Counted from the stretch's first letter, positions 31,561 through 43,191 are shown. The stretch is 64,000 bases of DNA from an uncultured Methanoregulaceae archaeon (GCA_963841015.1 CAWJAX010000005.1:512001-576000), one strand, 5' to 3'. The notes: generated from the sequence alone by a model not told the origin. Numbers and translations are program-made.

Positions 31561-32721
31561 TTATTGCGAAACTACCTTGTGCATCAATGCCATAACACCG
31601 GGTTTTGCTGCCTTGCGGGACCTTTTTGGGAAAGCATCCATCTCCATCATGGGGGATTCAAACATCTCCTTATTGAGCCGGTCATTGATCTCATCGAAGA
31701 TCCGGGTGTAAGCAGTGCAATGAGGATCTACCCCGCGGATTTCACCGGGTGTTGGCGCCATGGCATTATACGGGCATCCTCCCCGGCAATATTTTATATG
31801 CCGGCACTCCCCGCAGGCTGTATCCACATAGTTCTTAAACCGGCTCATCAGTTTCCCTGCATCAGATTGCATGAGGTCATCCATCCCAGGATGATCCCGT
31901 ACGTTACCCATAACGTATTCCGGCATTCCCACGAACCGATAACACGGGTAGATGCTCCCGTCAGGTCCGACAGCAAACGTGTTTCCCATGCAATCCACGT
32001 ATGTGCAGACGGTCCCCCGGCGGGTGAACACGCACCGGCAGAGGTCGTTGATGTTCATCACATCGATATCCTGTATATGTTCAAGGGATTTATCCAGAAG
32101 GTAGACCAGGAGGTCCCCGTATTCCTCAGGGGGAAGAGCCCACTCCTTCGGATTCTCAGACCGAAGCGAGGGTAGTGCCGGATGTAATTTAAGCGTAAAC
32201 CCGTTCTTTAAAAAGAAATCAAAAATCTCCTGACGGTGTTTTACTGATTTATTGGTAAATGTGCAGATAAACCGGACATTCAGACCCTGAGCCCTTGCGA
32301 TCTCATAGCCCCGCATGGTCTTTTCAAAATATCCTTTTCCCCGTTGGGAGTCAGTAATGTCTTCGGGACCGTCAATACTTGAACCGATGGGAACATGGTA
32401 CTCTGCCAGGATCTGGGCTATCTCCGGGGTCATCCGCCAGAGATTTGTCTGCATGGCAAATTCCGGGTGAAGATCCTTCAATCCTTCGGCAAGCAGCGGC
32501 AGAGCCTGCCGGTAAAACTCCGGACCGGCAAGCAGCGGCTCACCCCCGTGGAACGTGAAGGTAACCCGGTCCTTTCGGAAATTTTTAAGCCATGCCACAA
32601 CTTCTTTGATAGTCTCGATACTCATGACCGGGGATCCTTCCTCAGAACTCCAGCAATAACTGCACTTGGAAGGACAGCCCAATGTCGGGATGAGCATGAT
32701 GTGAAAAGGATTTTTCATCAC
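31561..32721 (-). CDS. Radical SAM/SPASM protein (resembles the TIGR04083 methanogen peptide/protein-modifying family)
   Basis: CPSKCSYC, FHGGEP, GSIYPC and CGEC...CRGGCP...HC SPASM cysteines. Confidence 0.85.
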   Translation of the reverse strand: MMKNPFHIMLIPTLGCPSKCSYCWSSEEGSPVMSIETIKEVVAWLKNFRKDRVTFTFHGGEPLLAGPEFYRQALPLLAEGLKDLHPEFAMQTNLWRMTPEIAQILAEYHVPIGSSIDGPEDITDSQRGKGYFEKTMRGYEIARAQGLNVRFICTFTNKSVKHRQEIFDFFLKNGFTLKLHPALPSLRSENPKEWALPPEEYGDLLVYLLDKSLEHIQDIDVMNINDLCRCVFTRRGTVCTYVDCMGNTFAVGPDGSIYPCYRFVGMPEYVMGNVRDHPGMDDLMQSDAGKLMSRFKNYVDTACGECRHIKYCRGGCPYNAMAPTPGEIRGVDPHCTAYTRIFDEINDRLNKEMFESPMMEMDAFPKRSRKAAKPGVMALMHKVVSQ

Positions 32722-32996
32722 ACGTTTTTCATTTCGTCAGAGTATAATTGTTTTCATAGTGCCGGTATTTTTCAAAACCGATAAAAATTTGCGCGTTTTC
32801 TAAAATACGGGGTCTTTGGATTGGCAATCTATTTCCCCCCATCTCATGGCTGATGTTCTGCTTCGCCACGTAAAATTGTCCTTGCCGGGTATTGTCCCGT
32901 GCGGGAAGTTGGTTCCGGAATGAAGCTCGAGTGGTAGCTCTTTTTTCCGATTTTTTCTGTCTGCGGTAACATCATTAGAGCAGGGGATTGACTAGT

Positions 32997-33290
32997 CTAC
33001 GCAGTATCGCACTCCTCTTTTCCTTTCGGGTTCAGAGCCTTGTTAATATGGCGGAAAAATTTCCAGTGCAGGAGCAGGTGAATAATCAATAAGGCAGCGA
33101 ATATCAGGCTCGTGTTATTATGCATGGTCACCCACTGGTTTTTTGCAATCCCAAGGTACGTTAACCAGCTGCTGCCTCTCCCGCCACCTTCCGGAAATAT
33201 GAAATACAGGATAAGTCCGGAAACAAGCGATGGGATGAACATGATCAGGCAGCCGATGTCCACAAGTGCGTTGATGGTAATGCGTTTCAT
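32997..33290 (-). CDS. DUF4405-like small membrane protein (cytochrome b-like His pattern)
   Basis: Two TM helices, W...H and H..LHW motif. Confidence 0.7.
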   Translation of the reverse strand: MKRITINALVDIGCLIMFIPSLVSGLILYFIFPEGGGRGSSWLTYLGIAKNQWVTMHNNTSLIFAALLIIHLLLHWKFFRHINKALNPKGKEECDTA

Positions 33291-34004
33291 GAAAACCTCA
33301 TATCTATTCAGGAATGTGCTGGTAAAAAAATATTTTCCACGAATCCTGCGTATGTCATCTCCATACATTCGAATCCGGTCCTGGTGAAGTATTGAGATTG
33401 AACATATATTTTTTGAGCTTTGAGAGTGAAAGGTAATTTGCCAGTTCCTTTTTGATGGGATGTATCGCTTTTCATTCAATTCTTTTATTTTATAATACTT
33501 CGTCGGAAAAAAACAGCCTCATAGTGGTGTTCTGGCAGGGTTTCCAGTGTCTGGATGGGCTAAAGTATGGGGCCAAAAACAGCTCAAATTAATGGGCTTT
33601 AGAAGCCGATGGATGAGGTGCAAATCTGCCGCATTTTGGCAAACAGAGCGATTATTGGGCTTAACCTCCACACGAACCGAAAAGAAGGAATTATACGGCT
33701 TTTCAGGAAGTGGCGGGGGTGTGAAAAAGGGAAATGGAGCACGAAATGGGCGAATTCTCCCCCGTGTCTGCATACCTGATTTTTTTAGGCATTATTCACG
33801 TTCATCACCCTCTGCTGTAATCTCTGGCACAAGGCATTTATACAAATATACCCTCCCGGGCACGTGCCCGGTGCTCAGCAACCATCTCGCCACAGCGCAC
33901 ATTGAACGGACGTGAAGATCGTTGCCCTGACCGGAATCTCCGGTTTGCACCCGAACCTGAACCGGTTATCGATCCTTAATTAAAAAAAAGTGATTGATAT
34001 GATC

Positions 34005-35697
34005 TTACCTTGACGGTATGATCAGTGAGCGCTCTCCAGCGGGCATGAACTCGCGGATTGCACCCTTCGCGAACTCGCGGCGTGGTTCGGAGAAGTCGAA
34101 CTTGAGCGACGGGTCGGCAAACGTGATCTTCATCAGTGGGGATAGGGTCCATGCATCTCCGCGTGCCGTAGTGGGCAGGCTGCGGCGATTGCTGCGTATT
34201 CTCCCTGGTGGCCGACGTTCATTGCATAGTTCGGGTAGTTCGGTCCACGGAGCTCGCCGAGTACATCCCTCGTCGGGACGGATCGACATGGAGTTTGCGG
34301 AACCGCACTGGTCCTGCAGGTCGTAGCCGAAGAAGCCGAGACGTGACCAGCCTTCCTTGTGCATGAGCATGGACAAGTACCAGCCGTTCAGGCCGGCGTT
34401 GGAGTTTGCAGTTGCCAGTGAACAGGAGATACCTGATGCTGCTGCAAGGACGGAGGCACGCTGGGATCCACCGAAGTGGCTCTCGAGGGCGGTCGGGTAT
34501 GTCTCGTACTGCTCCATACCGTAGAGGTTGACCTCGGTTGCGATGTCGCTGACGACTTCCTGGGTCGACTTTGCCTTGCCGATGCCACCGTGTTTCTTCT
34601 TGATGTAGTCAATACCGTAGTAGGTGTAGTCATCGAGGATGTTGTCGGTGTATGCAGCGGTTGCATACTGGGTGAAACCGACACCACCGGACATGTAGGA
34701 TCCGAGCCAGATCTGGTCGAACAGCATGGTACCTGCACCGACGACTTCAAGAGATTGCCTTGACGGGGTCGTTGGGGTACTTGCGGTCTGCCTGGATCAT
34801 GTCGCAGAAGTGTCCGAACTTGATGCCACCTGGCTCGTTCGGGCCACGGGCACGGCGGGCGGGCAGGATATCTGCCATCTGGATAACACCGGCGTGCTTT
34901 GCGGCGAATGCGAGGTCAGCGACTGCTGCCTCACCGGCGCACATCTTGTACGCTCCGATGAAGGACATACCGATCTGCATTGCAGACCAGCGGGAGGTGG
35001 TTCCACCATCGCATGTCCTGCTGACGGTTGTGGGGATGTGCACTGCCTGCCACATCGACTTGCCGACCGCTGCCTTGAGTGCGGCTGCCTGCTTTGCCGG
35101 GAAGAGTTTGTCGACGTTGAGCACGAACTGGGGCTCGAGGTCGTCTGCCATCTCGTCGTCACCCGTGAAGACCTTGACGTAACAGTCGTCCACGAGTGAC
35201 GGGTGAGTCTCGACCATGTGTTCCTGAACAACGGCTGCACCGGGCATGGCGTGGTTCAGCACGTGGAGGTACTCGTTGATGGTTTCTGGGGTGACTTCCT
35301 TACCGAGACGCTTCTGGAGCGTGCCGTGGGCGAGGTCGAGGCCGACAATGATCGTCCTGCGGATATCATCCCACATCTGCTGCATCGCGGCGTTGTTGAC
35401 AAAGTGCAGGTCATCGCCTTCGACGAAGACGCCCGTTGCGCTGACTTCGTAGGTTGTCAGCTGGCGCTGGCCGAGCGGGATACCGCCGCAGTGGCAGCGC
35501 TTCGGGTCGTACATGGAGATGCCGCGGTCCATCTCGGCCTTCTTACCGGCCTTCATGAACTCGACTTTTCTCGGGGACTGCTCAAGACCCTTGCGCTCAA
35601 AGACCGTGGACATTGCCTGGGGGTCTTCGGCAAACTTTGTCTTCATTGCCTTCAGGAAGAGCTTCTGGGTCCTTTCGATTTTTGCTGCTTTTGCCAT
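34005..35697 (-). CDS. mcrA: Methyl-coenzyme M reductase alpha subunit (three apparent frameshifts near 34750, 34260 and 34170)
   Basis: [49 protein letters not shown]. Confidence 0.97.
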
Positions 35698-35699
35698 GT

Positions 35700-36467
35700 T
35701 CAGGCCTCCTTGGGCATGAAGCCGTATTTAACCCGCAGTTCATGGATGCGGGTGATGTACTCAACATATTCGGGGTCGTCACGGAATCCCGTACCTACCA
35801 TTGAGTGGTACATGGTGGTGTGTGCTTTGAGCCACTTTGCGTCCTGTGCCTTGCCGACCTTGACTTCTGCGTCAAGGGGTACACCGACCTGGTCCTTGAT
35901 GTACTTGATGCCGCCGGTCTTCTTGTCGATGACAAAGCGCTGGAGCATGTCGAACATCATACCGTTCTCATCGAGACGGAGGGAGTGGCCGTGCACCGTG
36001 CATCCACGGATACCGGTGAGTGCTGCATCAAAGAGCTCGGTGTTGATGAGTTCCTTTGCATATTTCTCGAGGTCGCGTTCGCGGCACTCGACAATCTGAC
36101 GCCCTGAGAGAGTACCCGGGTCAATACCGCGGAAGCGGTATGCTTCGACGTAGCTTCTCTGGTAGGGCTGGCAGGGTGCGTTGTACATCGAGTCGGTGAA
36201 CTGGATGTAGCGGACGCGGTCGCCGGCCTTTGCGCCGTCGGTTGGGGTCACGAGCTTGCGGATCGGGCATGCGGGTTCCTGCTGCTCTGCGAGCGGCGGG
36301 TGTGCACTTGGATAGGCTGAGCCGGGGGCTCTGTGTCCCATAACGAGGACGATGTCCTTGTCACTGACGTCGCGAAGCTTTTCCAGCTTGTGGGTCGGGT
36401 CCATCTGCTTACGCCTGTTCTCGGCGATCTGAGTCTGGCCGGGACCATACTGGGGTTTGTATGCCAT
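35700..36467 (-). CDS. mcrG: Methyl-coenzyme M reductase gamma subunit
   Basis: [31 protein letters not shown]. Confidence 0.98.
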   Translation of the reverse strand: MAYKPQYGPGQTQIAENRRKQMDPTHKLEKLRDVSDKDIVLVMGHRAPGSAYPSAHPPLAEQQEPACPIRKLVTPTDGAKAGDRVRYIQFTDSMYNAPCQPYQRSYVEAYRFRGIDPGTLSGRQIVECRERDLEKYAKELINTELFDAALTGIRGCTVHGHSLRLDENGMMFDMLQRFVIDKKTGGIKYIKDQVGVPLDAEVKVGKAQDAKWLKAHTTMYHSMVGTGFRDDPEYVEYITRIHELRVKYGFMPKEA

Positions 36468-36474
36468 TATTTTA

Positions 36475-37110
36475 TCACTCCAATGTTTCCTTCTTTTTCA
36501 CGATTCTCATTACTGACGAAATGACTTCCGCCATCTTCTCGCGTGTCGGGGTCTGACCCCGGGTTACACCGCTCACGATGGCCATCACCGTACCTTTGGT
36601 ACGGATCCTGTCAGCGGGGGGCATCACCACGGCGGTCTTCACTCCCTCTTTTGCGAGATCCTCGTAATCAATCGGGGCCTGGGAAACCACAATCGCCTTC
36701 ACATCACAGGCCTGGAGAATAAACCTGACCTTGTGCACCACATGGGAACGTACGTTCCCGTGGTGAAGGATGGCAACTTTGTGTTTCTCTATCTGCGCGA
36801 TTTCCTTGTCGGTAAGCCCAAATGAAGCGCCGAGGACGCCACCGGAAATTTTTGGTGCGTCCGGCGGCACGCCACTGCCGGCATACAGCACCAGCGTACT
36901 GATGCTGTATTCAACGCCCTGTTGTCGCAGGCCTGAGGTGATATCGCACACCGGCTTTGTCACGTGGCGGCGTCCGGGAGACATCCCGACCACAATGACA
37001 TCCGGGTAACGGCACTCGGAGATGGTGCCCCGCTGGGCAATACCGCCTCCTTTACCCATGCCCATCGCCTCGCGGCAGTCAACAACCTGGGTTACTCGAC
37101 CAATCGGCAT
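36475..37110 (-). CDS. mcrC: MCR operon protein C
   Basis: VVDCRE.MG.G.GGG.AQRGT, HVTKPVC. Confidence 0.96.
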   Translation of the reverse strand: MPIGRVTQVVDCREAMGMGKGGGIAQRGTISECRYPDVIVVGMSPGRRHVTKPVCDITSGLRQQGVEYSISTLVLYAGSGVPPDAPKISGGVLGASFGLTDKEIAQIEKHKVAILHHGNVRSHVVHKVRFILQACDVKAIVVSQAPIDYEDLAKEGVKTAVVMPPADRIRTKGTVMAIVSGVTRGQTPTREKMAEVISSVMRIVKKKETLE

Positions 37111-37117
37111 AATTTAT

Positions 37118-37586
37118 TTATCTTCCCTGAAGGATTACGGGTCTGGACTTGCTGGTAGGATCAGTAAGTCCGATGATCGTTTTGTCCGCGTCCGGGCCAT
37201 ACTTACAGTAATCGGAAAGTGATGGATCGGTCTTCATAAACCTGCCTTCCTGGATATAGAAACTATAGTCCGTGAAGACTGGTTTGCACGCGGCTTGCAG
37301 TGCGGGTATGACGTCGCGGTTCTCAAGCTCGAGAAGTATGGTACCAACATGCACCTGCAGTTCCAGATCCTCGTCCCCGACACGGATCGTCTTCCTCATG
37401 GTATGAGGATTGGCGAGTCCTTTGGCGGGTCCGTAGGTAATTGTTGCGGGAAGGCGTGGTCCGTTGAGGACCATGCGCCGGACTACCGGCAACAGAACAA
37501 ATCTGGTTCAGCAGGCGCTCGGTCGTCTCGGGGTTAAGTAACCGCTCGGTGACAATCCGGCACTGGGGGAACGTGGCTTCGGTCAT
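37118..37586 (-). CDS. mcrD: MCR operon protein D (frameshift near 37490)
   Basis: RLLNPETTE.LLN joined to GPRLP...YGPAKG...SDYCKYG..GLTDP. Confidence 0.92.
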
Positions 37587-37605
37587 TCGTATCCGCTTTT
37601 GGGGC

Positions 37606-38918
37606 TTATACGCCCTTGGCAATTGCCTGGATCGGCTTCTTGAATGCATCGAGCTGCCCGAAGGTGTCCTGGTAAATCTTTGAGGTTGCTTCGGGGCCGA
37701 ACATCTGGGTGCCTGCATCAAGACAGCATGCTGCTACGATACAGGGCATACCGACACCGGCTGCGTGACGGGTAACGACGTGGTTACCGTTGAAACCGCC
37801 GGGGCCGCCGCCACCGTAGATCGAGTGGCTGAAGAACGAGAAACCGACTGCTACACCCATGGTACGACCGAAGTCGGAGCCGGGGAGGCCGGTCTCGTGC
37901 TCGAGCAGGTCGTTGAAGTAGAGCAGGGTTGCTGAGACTGCCTGGGCAAACCGCCCGGCACCACAGTTGACCATGGTTGCTGCAAGGGTTCCTGCCGATG
38001 CAGTAGGCATTCCACAGCATCGGGTCCTTGGTGTCGTAGAAGATATAACCGCTCTTGCCCTTCTTGCCTGCCTTGATGACTTTGTCCTCAATGGCACGCT
38101 CGACAAGGCTCTGCACGACAGTACCGATGGTACCGGTCTTGCCGTTTGCCTTGACAAGGTCGTAGACCAGGTTGTTTGCATTCAGTCCCTGGTATGCATA
38201 GAGCAGGAGCTGGGCACGCTCGAACGGGCCGATTGCCATACCCATCTCGAACTCCCCTGCCTGTTCAAAGGTCGAACAGAGTGCTGCACCCTGCATGGCA
38301 TTCCGGTGGGTCATCATTGCCGCATGGTTTGCGGGAATGTTACGAAGTGCGTAGCCGAGACCTTCGTTGTTCTGCGGGATGTTCAGGATTGAGACTACGT
38401 TGCCGCCGTCCATGTGCATGGTCTGCGGGTAGGTACCCCAGACAGCTCGCCTTGATGTAGGAGCCGTCGAACATACCGACCTTGTACTGGTCAACCAGTG
38501 CATAGGTGGTGGCTGCTGCAACGGCCGTTGATGCTGCATCATAGGTTGCTGCTGCATCCAGTCGTGCGCTCGGGACCTCGACTAAGATCATCTTGCCGCC
38601 GCCGACCTTGGTGATCTTGGTGTTGTCGCCGTCGGTGACCTGGACCATGTCCTTGATCTTTGCGGAGAGTGCGTCGCAGTCCTTGACACAGCTGCAGTTC
38701 ATGCTGCGGCCGAGAACCTGGTTCGTTTTGCCGCCGATCTTTCCGGTCTTTAAGGCGTCTTCGATACCAGCGAAGTTGACTGCCACGGTCCTCTTGGTGA
38801 GGTCGATGACATTGAGTGCACCCTTGTTGACCAGCGGGCTGATCTTGTCAAGAGTTACATTGCTCTTTAAGAGCTTACCCTCATCGTCGTAGAGGTCGAT
38901 TGTGTCTTTATATTTCAT
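37606..38918 (-). CDS. mcrB: Methyl-coenzyme M reductase beta subunit (frameshifts near 38445 and 38003)
   Basis: [23 protein letters not shown] and [15 protein letters not shown] spread over three ORFs. Confidence 0.97.
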
Positions 38919-39057
38919 GTGAATTCCTCCAAATTTCCATTTAATTGCGATACATTACAGTCTCTGAACGAAAGTGTAACCTAGTTAAGTACACTGGTAA
39001 TGAATGAAAGTCACTATTGCACGTCCCCTAATGGGACATGAAATAATACCAGATTTC

Positions 39058-39082
39058 GCCATATAAGCATTACTATTTTTTA
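39058..39082 (-). promoter_or_regulatory. Probable mcr promoter (BRE/TATA)
   Basis: Minus strand AAAAAATAGTAATG-CTTATAT about 140 nt upstream of mcrB; GGAGG RBS. Confidence 0.45.
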
Positions 39083-39349
39083 CCGGGATAAAATTTTATA
39101 TTAAATAAAAAATAATAATCCAGAATGAAGGAATGTTCAAATACATCATATAAATTACATTTCAAAGTTTTACGCAGTATTACAAAATAAAAGAAATGTA
39201 TCACGTATTGCTATAAGGAATTAGCAATTTTTTTTATTTTTTTGCGCGCTCTGTATAAAAAATATGGGGTTGGGGAATTGCCCGGGTGCTAAATGGTACC
39301 GGACTCCCCCCTCGAATGATTTGCAGTGCATTCGGGTATAAAAAGAAGA

Positions 39350-40150
39350 TCAGATCTTCTGGTACAGGTTTGCGTACACCATCTGACCTTTCTTCTTCTT
39401 GTGACGCTCGCCCATGTCACCGATGTAGTGGGCGAATTTTGCCTTAACCCCGTCGACTTCGAGCTCCACTTCACCTGCGGGTTTGAAACCGGGCATCATG
39501 GTATCGATCGTGCCAAAGACGTAGATTGTACCGTCGACCATCTGGCCGCCGACTTTGCTCTTGCAGTTTCCTTTGATGATGACTTTTCCGCCTTCGGCAT
39601 GGGTGCAGACATGGACATCTGCATTCCCGTTGATGATCATCTCGCCGCCGAGCATGTACATGCCGATGTCACTCCCGGCATTTCCTTTCACGAGGATCTT
39701 GCCACCGGACATCCCGCGCCAGTCGCCACGGTATGCAGCACCAAGGTAGTTACCGGCATTCCCTTCAATGGTAAGTTCGCCGCCCTTCATGGCGGTTCCG
39801 GCAAATGCATCAACATTGCCTTTGACCAGCATCTTTCCACCGGTCATCCAGCCACCGGCGTACTGGTCCATGCCGCTTTCAACAACAAGTTCCCCGGCAC
39901 TCATTTTGAAGCCGAGGTACTTGACCTTCTTCACATCGCCCTTGACAATAATCTTCGTGTCAGCTGCGGTTGCACCTGCATTGCCGCTCACCTCGAAATA
40001 CTTGCCAAGGGTGGAAGTTATGTTTCCTTCGTGAACGTGCAGCTCAGCGATCTGCGCTGCAGTCTTTCCGGCAAATCCATCAGGCGATACATTGTCTGCC
40101 TCAAGATAGAGTGCAGGCGGATTTTTCATGGTGATAGTTACTGTTTCCAT
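39350..40150 (-). CDS. fwdC: Formylmethanofuran dehydrogenase subunit C
   Basis: GxxMxGG beta-helix repeats, YRGDWRGMSGG. Confidence 0.95.
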   Translation of the reverse strand: METVTITMKNPPALYLEADNVSPDGFAGKTAAQIAELHVHEGNITSTLGKYFEVSGNAGATAADTKIIVKGDVKKVKYLGFKMSAGELVVESGMDQYAGGWMTGGKMLVKGNVDAFAGTAMKGGELTIEGNAGNYLGAAYRGDWRGMSGGKILVKGNAGSDIGMYMLGGEMIINGNADVHVCTHAEGGKVIIKGNCKSKVGGQMVDGTIYVFGTIDTMMPGFKPAGEVELEVDGVKAKFAHYIGDMGERHKKKKGQMVYANLYQKI

Positions 40151-40165
40151 CTTCCACACCTGCAC

Positions 40166-41872
40166 TTAGGTTGCATCTACCTCTAAGGTATACGGGTTCG
40201 GGACAAAGTGGTGTCCGAGAGCTTCGTAGTTCGCCTGGGTCATGCTGTAGTACTTCAGGAATTTCTCGTTGATGTCACGCATGACCTGCGGGTTGTCCTT
40301 CACTTTTGCATTCACCCAGAGTGTACGCTTGTGACCGTTGCTGACGATCTCTCCGTTGGTAACGACCTCGACACCACTCTTGAAGACATGGGCACAGCGT
40401 GAGAATGCCTTTTCGATGTCATCGGGGTTGGCTACCGGTTTGTCCGGGTTGAAGTTGTACACGGCAACATCTGCATCCATGCCGGGCTTCAAGCCTCCGC
40501 ACATGCTGGCAAGGCCGAGCGATTTTGCCGGGCCGGCACGGGTCATCTGGGCGAGTTCGTAGAGCGAGATCTCGCGGTCCAGCGAACCGATACTGGTCTG
40601 TGAGAGAACCTTGTCCTTGTGCTTGAATGCATTGACCTGTGCTTCACGGGCCTTGGCAGACATCAGCCACTTGATAACCCGCGGGTACCGGGTAAACGGA
40701 CCTGCGTTGGGGTGGTCGGTGGTGATGTAGCAGCGCATGGGATCCTTTGACATCAGGGCAATTTCAAGACCAATCGCCCACTGGATGGCACAGACCGAGA
40801 TGCTCGGGCTGTAAATGTAAGGCACGACACCGGCGGCGGTCTCGAGTTCGACGTCACAGTTGGCCCACTTGAGGTTGTTAAGACCGGTGAGGTGGTGCTC
40901 GAACGGACCGTCCGCGGTCATGGTCGTTGTCTCATCGAGGGTTACGTTGCCCGTGTCAATAGTGATGTTCTTGTGACTGTTGACATAGTCGGTAACCTCT
41001 TTTGCCTTGGACTCAAAGTCGCCCCAGTTGGTTCCGCCATACGAGTGGAACTGCGAATGGGTCAGGTGCATCACCTGTTCACGACCGAACTTGTTCTTGG
41101 CCTTGAAGCCCTCAGCAAGTTTCAGCGTGTCAAGCGTGGTCTCGTAACATCCCGGGTTCCCGAGATTGTTGGGGTGGATGTGCATGGAATGGGGGAGACC
41201 AAGGTACTCGTTTGCCTCGATCAGTCCGGTGACGATTTCAGCCGGGGTGATGTCGAAGTACGGGACCGGATCGTTCACGGAAAGACAGTTCAGTCCCCAT
41301 GCCCATGCTTCCGTTCCGCCGGGATTGACAACCTTGACAGCATATCCTTTGGTTACCCGGATGAGCCAGGCGATATATGCCGCAGTGTTCTCGACCTCTT
41401 TGTTTTTGAGGTATTCCAGCACGAACCAGTTGTTGCCAAAGACCGGGAATGCTCCCTCGTCAATGATAGGAGTGTCGCGGATCTCCTCGTGCACGTGACG
41501 GGAGAACATCGGGGGCATTGCTGCCTCCATGGCGGTCGTGTATCCCATCTTGGCATACTCGTAGCCGGTCTTGAACGTGGTAGGGATCGATGCCCCGCCG
41601 CCCATCCGCTCCATGCCTTTTGTCGGCGTGCAGGAGAAGAGCTTGTCCTCGGGACGGTAAATCCTGCCAAGGTTTACTTTAGGACCTGCAATGTGGGCGT
41701 GGATCTCAACGGCACCTGCCATGACGGTCTTGCCCGTGGCATCGACGACCTTTGCACCGGAACCGACTTTGTCAACGATCTTTCCATCTTTTATGGCGAT
41801 ATCTTTCTTGTCGCCTTTGATGCCCTGGACCGGGTCGAATACGTGCCCGTTTTTGATGATATATTCTGACAT
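40166..41872 (-). CDS. fwdA: Formylmethanofuran dehydrogenase subunit A
   Basis: Amidohydrolase HAH, KVVNPGG, HSMHIH, TTDHPNAGPF. Confidence 0.97.
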   Translation of the reverse strand: MSEYIIKNGHVFDPVQGIKGDKKDIAIKDGKIVDKVGSGAKVVDATGKTVMAGAVEIHAHIAGPKVNLGRIYRPEDKLFSCTPTKGMERMGGGASIPTTFKTGYEYAKMGYTTAMEAAMPPMFSRHVHEEIRDTPIIDEGAFPVFGNNWFVLEYLKNKEVENTAAYIAWLIRVTKGYAVKVVNPGGTEAWAWGLNCLSVNDPVPYFDITPAEIVTGLIEANEYLGLPHSMHIHPNNLGNPGCYETTLDTLKLAEGFKAKNKFGREQVMHLTHSQFHSYGGTNWGDFESKAKEVTDYVNSHKNITIDTGNVTLDETTTMTADGPFEHHLTGLNNLKWANCDVELETAAGVVPYIYSPSISVCAIQWAIGLEIALMSKDPMRCYITTDHPNAGPFTRYPRVIKWLMSAKAREAQVNAFKHKDKVLSQTSIGSLDREISLYELAQMTRAGPAKSLGLASMCGGLKPGMDADVAVYNFNPDKPVANPDDIEKAFSRCAHVFKSGVEVVTNGEIVSNGHKRTLWVNAKVKDNPQVMRDINEKFLKYYSMTQANYEALGHHFVPNPYTLEVDAT

Positions 41873-41874
41873 GA

Positions 41875-43191
41875 TTATGCTGCCCCCTTGAGCTGCCTGA
41901 CCCGGTCGCGGACCTTGATTAAGAACTGCTCATCGGTGAGCATACCCTCGGGTGCATCGACGACCTTGCGGCAGTCAATGGGTACATTGTCCATACGATA
42001 GCAGTTCCCACCGGTTTCTACACCGTTGAATGCCACTGGCACATGCAGTTTTGATACACCGCTGGTCGGTGTAAGGTGGGGATCAATGCAGACCGAGGGA
42101 ATATGGGCGAATTGTTTGACGGCACTGATGGGGAAGTGGGCACCAGGATCACTGCCTATGGTGAACATGGCATCGATCTCACCGCGTACGAGCAGATCAA
42201 TGGAGCTGGTCTCACCCGGGTTGTACCGGGCAAATCCTCTGGTCAGGTCCACGGAATACGGAAACCCGAACTGCCAGGCAAACACTTCGCCGGAGCCGGT
42301 CACATTGTAGTGACCCCTCATCGGCATGATCGAGAATTTTGTATATTCGTTGAGGTCTTTTGTGACGGCAATCGCTTCATCGATGTTATGGTTCTTGCCC
42401 AGAGACTGGGTTACTCCCATACCGAAGAAGATAATCCCGAAACGACCGCTCTTCATCATGTCTGCGGCTTCCCGGATCTTCTCCTTGGGGATACCTGCAA
42501 CAGTATCGGGAAGCCATTCTCCCCGGAAGGCAACGCGGAGTGCATTGAGCAGCTCATAATCTTTGCCCTGTTCTACCTGCAGGTGGACATCGGCGAGTTT
42601 GGCTGTATCAGTGACCCGGGGGTCAACAACAATCATTTTCCTGCTCATCTGTCCCTTACCGGTAAAGAATCCGCGGGGATAGATCGAGTACCGTGACATG
42701 TGCCGGGGGTGGGCGTGAACCGGGTTGCATCCCCAGAAAATGATCCGGTCTGCACGGTTCTTGACCTCACCAAGGGTACAGGTCGGGAGACCGATATCCT
42801 GCACGGCAATGAGGGTTGTTCCATGGCAGACTGCAGCAGTATTGTCACAGCATGCCCGGGTGATTTCGGCAATCTCGTTCCCAACGCTCTGTGCTTCACA
42901 GTTGGTGGAGCTCCAGCCGTACATCAGGGGTTTTTTTGCCTTTGCCAGCATTTGTGCTGTGTACTCGACTGCATCGTCATAACTGACCTCTTTCCAGGTC
43001 CCGTCAGGCTGATGCATTCTTGGTCGGGTAACACGGTCCTTTGACTGGGAGTGCAGGAACTTCTCCGTCCCGATGACGCAGGCGTTGTAGACTTCGAGGA
43101 GCTGTTTTCCGTCATCGGATACAACCACTTCAAGGTCATCGCAAAGCGTCCCGCAGAAAGGACAAATGACATCCGGTATAGTCTTGGTCAT
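41875..43191 (-). CDS. fwdB: Formylmethanofuran dehydrogenase subunit B (Cys, not Sec)
   Basis: CPFCGTLCDD, VCHG, HPRH.SRY, MRGHYNV. Confidence 0.97.
   Translation of the reverse strand: MTKTIPDVICPFCGTLCDDLEVVVSDDGKQLLEVYNACVIGTEKFLHSQSKDRVTRPRMHQPDGTWKEVSYDDAVEYTAQMLAKAKKPLMYGWSSTNCEAQSVGNEIAEITRACCDNTAAVCHGTTLIAVQDIGLPTCTLGEVKNRADRIIFWGCNPVHAHPRHMSRYSIYPRGFFTGKGQMSRKMIVVDPRVTDTAKLADVHLQVEQGKDYELLNALRVAFRGEWLPDTVAGIPKEKIREAADMMKSGRFGIIFFGMGVTQSLGKNHNIDEAIAVTKDLNEYTKFSIMPMRGHYNVTGSGEVFAWQFGFPYSVDLTRGFARYNPGETSSIDLLVRGEIDAMFTIGSDPGAHFPISAVKQFAHIPSVCIDPHLTPTSGVSKLHVPVAFNGVETGGNCYRMDNVPIDCRKVVDAPEGMLTDEQFLIKVRDRVRQLKGAA

Noticed and set aside
33300-34000. ORFs 33547-33915 and 33519-33773 in the gap after mcrA
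   Set aside because: No motifs, atypical composition and no clear RBS.
25538-38918. mcr and mtr as true pseudogenes or programmed frameshifts
   Set aside because: These genes are essential. The indels are isolated, two in mcrA compensate each other, and there is no shared slippery motif, so sequencing error is much more likely.
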